NCBI GenBank assembly: GCA_041492755.1
Contig: JBGPXN010000118.1
Location: 1-13,534 of the forward strand
Origin: Candidatus Methylomirabilia bacterium
Lineage (GTDB): Bacteria; Methylomirabilota; Methylomirabilia; Rokubacteriales; CSP1-6
Direction of reading: 5' to 3'
DNA length: 13,534 bases
Shown: in pieces, positions 6,932 to 13,534 of the stretch
Numbering within the stretch: the stretch's first letter is position 1
Layout: each line of letters begins with the position of its first letter
The notes under the pieces: model-generated
Database searches by the model: none
What the model was told of the DNA's origin: nothing
The model's input: only the letters and a program-made list of their open reading frames with translations
Program-made: the position numbers and the translations under genes

Positions 6932-7078
6932 GTACATGGGGGGCCCCGATATGGCCCCCCATACCCCCCCATCGCTCGGACGCGCCCCGGGTTTCCCGGG
7001 GCGCGCCTCGACATCCCAAACGCTCGGGACGCCCCGGCGGAGCCGTGGCGCCCCTCGAATTTCCTCGCAGGCTCTGAG
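6929..7078 (+). repeat. Same repeat family, copy 2, with an extra ~50-nt hairpin module
   Basis: TGAG(6929-6932, contains the DUF3500 stop)...TGAG(7075-7078). The extra module has a perfect 11-bp stem CGCGCCCCGGG-TTT-CCCGGGGCGCG (6981-7005). Confidence 0.9.
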
Positions 7079-7340
7079 CAGGAGACCCCGCTCGTTAGCC
7101 ATCGCTGACGTTCTTTGATCCGAGTGCCATCTTCAACCGACAATTTTTAGCTGCGCGAACCTCTTGTTCTTCCGCGCCGGCGGGGTGACCACGTCGTAAA
7201 CGGCTGAAGCTTCACGTCTATCGGGCCCCGGTCAGGATTGGACGGGCTCGGGAAAAGCGGGCGTGAGGTTTGCACCAAGGGCGGCGCGACCATGGAGCTC
7301 TTCGATCCCCACCCGGCTCTCCGACTCCAGCGACAGAACC

Positions 7341-8666
7341 GTGGCTGATTGCATCCTCGTCGCGGACGATGAAGATGGGATCCGCGAAACACTCGGCTTC
7401 TATCTTCGGGGCGCGGGCTTCGAGGTGATCACGGTGGCCAGCGGCGAAGAGGCCGTCCGCCGCCTGCGGAGCGACGCGGTCAGCCTGGTCATCGCCGACA
7501 TCGTCATGCCGGGCCTCGACGGGCTCGAGGTTCTCGCGCGGACGCGCGAGCTCGACCCGCCACCGCCGGTCATCTTGATGACGGCCTACGCGACGGTGGA
7601 GATGGCGATCGAAGCCCTGCTCCAGGGTGCGGAAGACTTCCTGGTCAAGCCGTTCCAGCTCCACGACGTCGGCGCCCGCGTCCGACGGCTGCTCGCGGCC
7701 CGCATGCCCGCCGAAAGCCCGGCGGTTGTCACCGCGCGTTGCGAGGGACACGTCGGGCGCCTCGTCGGACAGAGCGAGGCCATCGAGGCCGTTCGGCGCC
7801 GGATGGCGCGGGTGGCGGGAACGTCCGCCCACGTCCTGGTGACGGGAGAGACGGGAACCGGCAAGGAGCTGGTCGCTCGCGGCATCCACGCCGCCAGCCC
7901 CCGCGCCTTGCAGCCGTTCGTGGCGCTCAACTGCGGCGCCATCCCCGACGGACTGTTCGAAAGCATGCTCTTCGGCCACGCCCGCGGGGCGTTCACGACG
8001 GCGCTGCACGCGAACGTTGGGCTGATGACCGCTGCCGACCGGGGCACGCTGTTCCTGGATGAGATCGGCGAAACGCCGATCCACCTTCAGGTCAAGCTGC
8101 TGCGCGCGTTGGAGGAGAAGCAGGTCCTGCCGGTCGGTCGGACGACGCCGGTTCGCGTGGATTGTCGGATCATCGCAAGCACCAACCGGGACCTCAAGGA
8201 GGAGATCGCGGCCGGGCGGTTTCGCGACGACCTGTTTTACCGGCTCAAGGTGGTGAAGATCGACCTCCCTCCGCTCCGGAGCCGCCGCGAGGACGTCGGC
8301 CTGCTCGTCTTGCACTTCATGCAGGAGCTCAACACGACGCTCGGCACGGCCTTCAAGCGGCTGGAACCGGCGGCGCTCGATGCCCTGCTGGCGCACGACT
8401 GGCCGGGCAACGTCCGTGAGCTGCTTCACGTGGTGGAGGCCGCGATGATCGCCGGCAGCGGCGACACCATTGCACCGGAGGATCTGCCCGTCGAGCTGCA
8501 AGCTCCGCCTGATGACGCGTCGTTGAGGGACGCGACCCGCGCGTTCGAGCGGCAGCACATCAGGGACATGCTCGCGCGGACCGAGTTCGACAAGCGAGAG
8601 GCGGCGCGCCGGCTCGGCGTGAGCCTGGCTTCGCTGTATCGCAAGCTCGACGGCAAGCCGGGCTGA
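7341..8666 (+). CDS. sigma54-dependent NtrC/AtoC-family response regulator (REC-AAA+-Fis HTH)
   Basis: REC: ILVADDE, IADIVMPG, MTAY, KPF. AAA+: GETGTGKE, LFGHARGAFTTA, LFLDEIGE, FRDDLFYRL, WPGNVREL. HTH: AARRLGVSLASLYRKL. Start GTG 7341 chosen from the REC boundary; no clear RBS. Confidence 0.94.
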   Translation: MADCILVADDEDGIRETLGFYLRGAGFEVITVASGEEAVRRLRSDAVSLVIADIVMPGLDGLEVLARTRELDPPPPVILMTAYATVEMAIEALLQGAEDFLVKPFQLHDVGARVRRLLAARMPAESPAVVTARCEGHVGRLVGQSEAIEAVRRRMARVAGTSAHVLVTGETGTGKELVARGIHAASPRALQPFVALNCGAIPDGLFESMLFGHARGAFTTALHANVGLMTAADRGTLFLDEIGETPIHLQVKLLRALEEKQVLPVGRTTPVRVDCRIIASTNRDLKEEIAAGRFRDDLFYRLKVVKIDLPPLRSRREDVGLLVLHFMQELNTTLGTAFKRLEPAALDALLAHDWPGNVRELLHVVEAAMIAGSGDTIAPEDLPVELQAPPDDASLRDATRAFERQHIRDMLARTEFDKREAARRLGVSLASLYRKLDGKPG

Positions 8667-8709
8667 CGGGTGGATGACCTGGGCCGAGGACGGGACCGTG
8701 ACCCAGGAT

Positions 8710-9558
8710 TCAGCGCCGGCGCATCAAGGTGGCGCAGCGGTCGAGTATTGGGAGCACCTCGTCGGCTTTCGCGGGCGGGAGGTTGAAGATTAGGCGGGCG
8801 ACTCCGGCATCGCGGTAGCGGGCGATCAGGTCCGCGTCTTCGGCCACGCCGAAGACGGTGATGGGAATGGTGACCGGGTCGCGTCCGGCCGCGGTCGCCA
8901 GCTGGCGGAACTCCGGCAAGAGATTCAGCACGTCGCCGTAGGCCGGCCGGCGCGCGTGGGGCACCCAGCCGTCGCCGTACGCAATGGCCCGGCGGGCGCC
9001 GTGCGGAAAGGCGCCGCCGACGATCACCGGCGGATGGGGCTTCTGCACCGGCTTGGGCCAGGTCATCATCGGCGGGAACGTGACGAGCTCGCCGCTGTAT
9101 TCGGGCTTGGACTTGGTCCAGATCGCCTTCATGGCCTCCACGCGCTCGCGCATCACCGTGAAGCGCGATTTGAACTCGGTGCCGTGATCGGCCATTTCCT
9201 CGGCGTTCCAGCCGGCCCCGATGCCGAAGAGGAATCGTCCGCCCGAGATCTGATCGAGGCTCGCGACCTGCTTGGCCGTCTGGATCGGGTCGCGCTGTAC
9301 GACCAGACAGATGCCGGTCGCCACCTTCAAACGGCTGGTCGCGGCCGCGGCGGCCGACAGCGTGACGAACGGGTCCATCACGTCGTAGTACTTCTTCGGC
9401 AGGTCGCCGCCCTGGGGAAACGGCGACCGGCGCGACAGCGGGATGTGCGAGTGCTCGGGCGCCCAGAGTGATTCGAACCCGCGCTCCTCCAGCGCCCGCG
9501 CGAGCTCGACCGGTGTCATCGAGTAGTCCGTGAAGAAGATGGCCGCGCCGAATTCCAT
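8710..9558 (-). CDS. LLM-class (luciferase-like) flavin/F420-dependent oxidoreductase, Rv2161c-like
   Basis: AAGGAG RBS; EERGFESLWAPEHSHIP, DPFVTLSAAAAAT, LDQISGGRFLFGIGAGWN, PKPVQKPHPPVIVGG, YGDGW. Confidence 0.92.
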   Translation of the reverse strand: MEFGAAIFFTDYSMTPVELARALEERGFESLWAPEHSHIPLSRRSPFPQGGDLPKKYYDVMDPFVTLSAAAAATSRLKVATGICLVVQRDPIQTAKQVASLDQISGGRFLFGIGAGWNAEEMADHGTEFKSRFTVMRERVEAMKAIWTKSKPEYSGELVTFPPMMTWPKPVQKPHPPVIVGGAFPHGARRAIAYGDGWVPHARRPAYGDVLNLLPEFRQLATAAGRDPVTIPITVFGVAEDADLIARYRDAGVARLIFNLPPAKADEVLPILDRCATLMRRR

Positions 9559-9576
9559 GGGGACTCCTTTGGTGGC

Positions 9577-11082
9577 TCACCGAATGCGCCAGCTCTTGTC
9601 GACGTAGCGGCGCCCCTCCACCTCCGAGATCTGGAGGGCGGCGCGATACGTGCCGGCCTCCACGGTGTGGACGCGCGTGTTGACCGTAACCTGCTCCTCG
9701 TCCGGGCCGCCGGCGAGCGCTTCGAGGAGCACACGGCCGTCGATGCCGTCGCGCTCGGTGATACCGAGCAGGGTGAGGATCGTCGGCGTGACGTCGACGT
9801 TGCCCGCCGGCGCGCGCACCGTCGCGCCCTTCTTGAAGTCCACACCCCAGGCCACGAGCGTAGTGCCGACGTTCCAGGGGCTCATGCTGCCGTGGTCGCT
9901 GGCCAATGGCGCCGCGCCACCGGTGACGTTCGCCATGTCGGTCCCGGGTACGCCGAACGCGTTGGGCCGGGAGCTCCACGGGAAGGTGAACAGCAGATCG
10001 CCACTCCGCTCGCGGTTGGCGGCGTGGATCAGCTCGAGCGCGAACGTTCCCGCGACCGCGCCGCGGGAGTCGTCGGGAGCCCGGCCGGGGGCGAAGACGA
10101 CGCCACCCCACTCACGCGACTGGACGAAGCGCGCGATGCGCGCGATGCGCTCGGCATCGTGGTTCTGGACGTGCAGCGCGACCGCCTGCCCGCTGCTGGC
10201 GAGCACCACGTCGCCGGAGTCGCGCGACGCCTTCAGCCCCGCGTCGACCAGCTCCCGAGCGACGTCCACCCCGGCCGTGTTGCGGGTGAACCCGTGGTCG
10301 GACACGACGAAGACGTCGGTCGTCGCCGCCAGCCCCAGTTCGTCAAGGGCCGCGAGGACGCCGGCGATCTCGCGGTCGTCGTGCTGGAGGGCTTCGCGCG
10401 CGGACGGCGAGCCCACCCCGAGGTTGTGCTGGGTGTGATCCGGCTCCGTCAGCCAGTTGAGCACCACGGCCGGACCGAGCTCCGGGAGGACGTATTCGCG
10501 CAGCACACGCTGCGTCCACGAGACCGAGGCGTCGTAGCGATCGGTCGCGCCGCCCTTGGGTGGCGCGGGCCCGAACTTGGCCAGGACCATCGCGTTCACG
10601 TCGGGCGGATACGCGACCGTCTTGCCGGGATCGAAGTAGCCGTTGACGAGCACGCCGACCCCGGAGGGGGCCTTGGGATTGAGGAGGAACGTGCTCCCCG
10701 TCGAGCCCGAGCCGATGGCGGCCAGGCGGAGCCCGAGCGCGTCGAGCCGCTCGGCGAGCGTTGGGCCGAGCACGAGGCGCCCGCCGGTCGCGTGGTCGAG
10801 CTTGAGAAGGCTCCGGTAGTTGTCGGTGCCGAACGCGCGGGCCGGATCGACCGCCGGCACGTACATCTGGTTGCCGACGATGCCGTTGCGGCCCGGCTGC
10901 ATCCCCGTCGAGAGCGCCGCCGAGTTGACGCGGGTGACCGTCGGGAACACGGCGTGGCTGTTCGTGAAGCTCACGCCCTCGGCGCGGAGCCGAAAAAGCG
11001 TCGGCGTGTCCTCGGCGGTGATCGAGTCGGGCCGGAGCCCGTCGACCACGAACACGATGACGAGACGCGAGGGGACCGTCAT
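9577..11082 (-). CDS. Alkaline-phosphatase-superfamily nucleotide pyrophosphatase/phosphodiesterase-like hydrolase
   Basis: VVDGLRPD, FPTVTRVN (Thr nucleophile region), EPDHTQH, VSDHGF, DHGS, NVDVTPTIL. ATG 11082 preferred over 11121. No signal peptide seen. Confidence 0.9.
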   Translation of the reverse strand: MTVPSRLVIVFVVDGLRPDSITAEDTPTLFRLRAEGVSFTNSHAVFPTVTRVNSAALSTGMQPGRNGIVGNQMYVPAVDPARAFGTDNYRSLLKLDHATGGRLVLGPTLAERLDALGLRLAAIGSGSTGSTFLLNPKAPSGVGVLVNGYFDPGKTVAYPPDVNAMVLAKFGPAPPKGGATDRYDASVSWTQRVLREYVLPELGPAVVLNWLTEPDHTQHNLGVGSPSAREALQHDDREIAGVLAALDELGLAATTDVFVVSDHGFTRNTAGVDVARELVDAGLKASRDSGDVVLASSGQAVALHVQNHDAERIARIARFVQSREWGGVVFAPGRAPDDSRGAVAGTFALELIHAANRERSGDLLFTFPWSSRPNAFGVPGTDMANVTGGAAPLASDHGSMSPWNVGTTLVAWGVDFKKGATVRAPAGNVDVTPTILTLLGITERDGIDGRVLLEALAGGPDEEQVTVNTRVHTVEAGTYRAALQISEVEGRRYVDKSWRIR

Positions 11083-11166
11083 GGATGCCCGAACGCTGCC
11101 AAGACTACCCGAAGACGTCACGGACCGTCTCGCGAGCCGCCGCGCGGGGGCGCCCGCCCGGCCGCG

Positions 11167-12069
11167 CTATTCGCCTTTCAGCCGCGGATCGAGCAGATCG
11201 CGGAGCGAGTCCCCGACCAGGTTGAAGGCGAGCACGGCGAGCATGATGGCCAGCCCGGAGAACGTCGTGATCCAGGGGCAGCATTTGATGAACTGGCGAC
11301 CCTCGCTCAGGATGTTGCCCCAGCTCGGCGTGGGCGGCGGGATGCCGAGGCCGAGGAACGACAGGCTCGCCTCGGTGCGGATGGCGGTCGCGATGTAGAG
11401 CGTGCCCACGACGACGAGCGCGTAGAGCGCGTTGGGGAACACGTGGCGCGCCATGACGCGGATCTGCCCGCTGCCGAGGGCGCGCGCGGCGACGATGTAG
11501 TCCTGGTCCCTGATGGTCAGGGCCAGGCTCCGCGCGAGCCGCACGAAGTTCGGGGTCAGCGCCACGCCGATGGCCAGGACCTCGTTCGCCAGCGTGCCGC
11601 CCAGCGCGGTCACGATGATCAGCGCCAGCAGCAGGGTGGGAAAGGCCATCAGCATGTCGGCGCACCGCATGATCAGGGTCTCGATCCGGCCCGCCTGCAC
11701 GCCGGCGAGGATGCCGAGGGGCACGCCGAGGGCGAACGCGAAGAGCACCGAAGCGAGACCGACCTGGAGCGACACCCGCGCGCCCCAGATGATGCGACTG
11801 AAGACGTCGCGCCCGAACTCGTCGGTTCCCAGGACATGACGGTCCTGCGCACCCGGCCCCTTGAGCACCGCATCGGCGAACTGGGCCGAGGGGCTCAACG
11901 GAGCGACGAACGGCGCCCCCGCCGCTATCACGACCATGGCCACCGCGAGCAAGAGACCGATGCCGATCGGCCCGTAACGGCGAAACTGGCGCCCGAGTGA
12001 CCGGGGCGTCTCGTCTCGCCTGCTGATGGCCATGAGCTCGGGGGCGGCGACGTCGCGCGTGATGGCCAC
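11167..12069 (-). CDS. Peptide/nickel-type ABC transporter permease (DppC/OppC-like)
   Basis: HVLGTDEFGRDVFSRIIWGARVSL, EAA-like loop YIVAARALG, EASLSFLGLG..PPTPSWG, FNLVGDSLRDLLDPR. Confidence 0.95.
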   Translation of the reverse strand: MAITRDVAAPELMAISRRDETPRSLGRQFRRYGPIGIGLLLAVAMVVIAAGAPFVAPLSPSAQFADAVLKGPGAQDRHVLGTDEFGRDVFSRIIWGARVSLQVGLASVLFAFALGVPLGILAGVQAGRIETLIMRCADMLMAFPTLLLALIIVTALGGTLANEVLAIGVALTPNFVRLARSLALTIRDQDYIVAARALGSGQIRVMARHVFPNALYALVVVGTLYIATAIRTEASLSFLGLGIPPPTPSWGNILSEGRQFIKCCPWITTFSGLAIMLAVLAFNLVGDSLRDLLDPRLKGE

Positions 12070-12080
12070 CGGGGCGGCTC

Positions 12081-13085
12081 CTACCGGTACGTGATCCGCG
12101 GGTCGACCACCGCGTAGAGCATGTCGACCACGAGGTTCACGGTGATGATGATCATGGTGAAGACGGTGATTGCGCCCTGGGCCAGCGGGTAATCGCGCGC
12201 GCCGATGGAATCGACCAGCATCTTGCCCAGCCCGGGCCGCGTGAAGACGGTCTCGGTCAGCACGGTGCCGGTGAGCGCGATGGCGACGAAGAGTCCGATG
12301 ATCGTCAGCAGCGGGACCATCATGTTGCGCAGCGCGTGCTTGTAGACGACGGCGCGCTCGCGATGGCCCTTGGCCCGCGCGGTCCGGATGTAGTCCTGGC
12401 TGATCACCTCCAGCATGGCCGAGCGCGCGAGCCGGCTGACCGTGGCCGCCAGCGTGAAGCCAAGCGCGAATGCCGGCAACGCGAGGTGATGCAGCACGTC
12501 GCCCACCGCGGCCAGGAAGTCGCGCGGCTGCGTGAAGACCTCGCCGGAGCGGATCATGGCGAGCACACCATCCAGATCACCGCCGCCGATGAGGGGAAAG
12601 AGGTCCAGGTGGAGCGAGAAGACGATGAGAAGGAGGATGCCGAGCCAGAAGACCGGCATGGACAGGCCGAGCAGCGCGAAGATGCGCAGCGGATAGTCGA
12701 CCAGGGGATTGCGTCGCTTGAGCGCCGAGACGATGCCGATCGGCACCCCGACGAGCGCGGCAACGACGGCGGCGGCGAGGACGAGTACCAGCGTGTGCGG
12801 GAACATCCGGCCGATGTACTCGTTGACCGGGTAGCCCTGGCGGAACGAGTTGCCGAAGTCGAACCGCACCGACCGCCAGATATAGTCGGCGTACTGCACC
12901 GGCAGCGGCCGGTTGAGGCCGAGGTTCCTGGTGCAGTCGGCCAGGGCCTCCGTGGTGGCCTGGTCGCCCATCATGGCCACGCACGGATCGCCGGGCAGGA
13001 CGCGCATGGCAAAGAACACGATGCTCATGGCCCCGAGCAGCATCGGGACGGCCACCAGGACCCGGCGCAGCACGTAGTTGATCAT
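12081..13085 (-). CDS. Peptide/nickel-type ABC transporter permease (DppB/OppB-like)
   Basis: YVLRRVL...LPGDP, DFGNSF, SMPVFWLG, DYIRTARAKG, HALRN, ETVFTRPGLG, RDYP, LYAVVDPRI. Confidence 0.95.
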   Translation of the reverse strand: MINYVLRRVLVAVPMLLGAMSIVFFAMRVLPGDPCVAMMGDQATTEALADCTRNLGLNRPLPVQYADYIWRSVRFDFGNSFRQGYPVNEYIGRMFPHTLVLVLAAAVVAALVGVPIGIVSALKRRNPLVDYPLRIFALLGLSMPVFWLGILLLIVFSLHLDLFPLIGGGDLDGVLAMIRSGEVFTQPRDFLAAVGDVLHHLALPAFALGFTLAATVSRLARSAMLEVISQDYIRTARAKGHRERAVVYKHALRNMMVPLLTIIGLFVAIALTGTVLTETVFTRPGLGKMLVDSIGARDYPLAQGAITVFTMIIITVNLVVDMLYAVVDPRITYR

Positions 13086-13117
13086 GGCGCGTCAGTGCTG
13101 ACTGAAGGCCCCGCGCG

Positions 13118-13534
13118 TCAATTGAGGACCTTGAGCAGCTCCGGGTAGTTGTAGCTGTAGTGCAGCGCGTACTCCCCGTACTCGGGATCGAACGGCGTGC
13201 TCACCCGCTTGGGGTTGCGCGGCCACTGGTTCGGCACGTCGCTGATGGGCAGGCACACCAAGTCGCGCTCCATGCGCTTCTGGGCCTCGTGGTAGATCGC
13301 TGCCCGCTTCTTCGTGTCCCGCTCCGCCCGGCCCGCGGCCAGCAGGTCGTCGATCGCCCGGTAGTGGGCGAAGTTGGTGCCCTTGTTGCCGGTGGCCGGG
13401 TCGGGGATCTCCTTGGAGTCGAAGAACAGGGACAGCCAGGGATCGGCGTCGGTGATGCGCGTGCCGCCGTAGAGCACGAAGGGGTCGAGGTTCTTCCGGA
13501 TGTTCTCGTGGAAGGTCGCGTGCTCGACGACCTG
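13118..13534 (-). CDS. ABC transporter substrate-binding protein, family 5 (DppA/OppA-like), C-terminal fragment
   Basis: Frame open to the window edge (QVVEHATFHENIRKNLDPFVLYGG...); NFAHYRAIDDLLAAGRAERDTKKRAAIYHEAQK...LP pattern; lies directly upstream of the dppB-like gene. Confidence 0.9.
   Translation of the reverse strand, partial: QVVEHATFHENIRKNLDPFVLYGGTRITDADPWLSLFFDSKEIPDPATGNKGTNFAHYRAIDDLLAAGRAERDTKKRAAIYHEAQKRMERDLVCLPISDVPNQWPRNPKRVSTPFDPEYGEYALHYSYNYPELLKVLN

Noticed and set aside
5770..7078. CRISPR array or integron attC interpretation of the repeats
   Set aside because: Only two copies ~1.1 kb apart, no regular spacers, no cas or integrase gene, and no RYYYAAC/GTTRRRY ends.
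7115..7144. sigma70-like TTGATC-N18-GACAAT promoter, and a minus-strand TGGCAC near 7124-7129
   Set aside because: Weak consensus match about 200 nt from the start codon; the TGGCAC lacks the -12 GC at the required spacing.
8678..8707. Terminator between the convergent regulator and LLM genes (CCTGGG/CCCAGG)
   Set aside because: Only a 6-bp stem with a long loop and no U-tract.
87..13148. Long alternative-frame and antisense ORFs (e.g. 87-344, 2835-4403, 3101-4963, 7218-8558, 8426-10111, 9667-12000)
   Set aside because: Arg/Ala/Pro-rich shadow ORFs typical of high-GC DNA that overlap genes with clear family motifs.

Overview
High-GC bacterial chromosomal window; gene content and repeat style suggest Rokubacteria/Methylomirabilota (inference only). 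Left to right: the 5' part of an IS110-family element (minus strand) with a structured ~116-nt non-coding end; queC-queE (preQ0 synthesis, CX14CX2C-type QueE); a minus-strand USP-like gene preceded by a sigma54-type promoter, an intrinsic-terminator hairpin and a 9-codon uORF; a ScsB/DsbD-like reductase, a Tat-exported peroxiredoxin-like protein and a Tat-exported DUF3500 protein; two copies of a modular, TGAG-bounded hairpin repeat, one inserted in frame in the DUF3500 signal-peptide region and the other at its stop codon; an orphan NtrC-type sigma54 activator with GAFTTA; and a convergent minus-strand operon (Dpp/Opp-type binding protein and two permeases, NPP/alkaline-phosphatase-family hydrolase, LLM oxidoreductase). 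The most interesting signals are the TGAG-bounded non-autonomous element, the sigma54 leader/terminator unit and the candidate IS110 bridge RNA. All family calls come from motif recognition by eye, not database searches.
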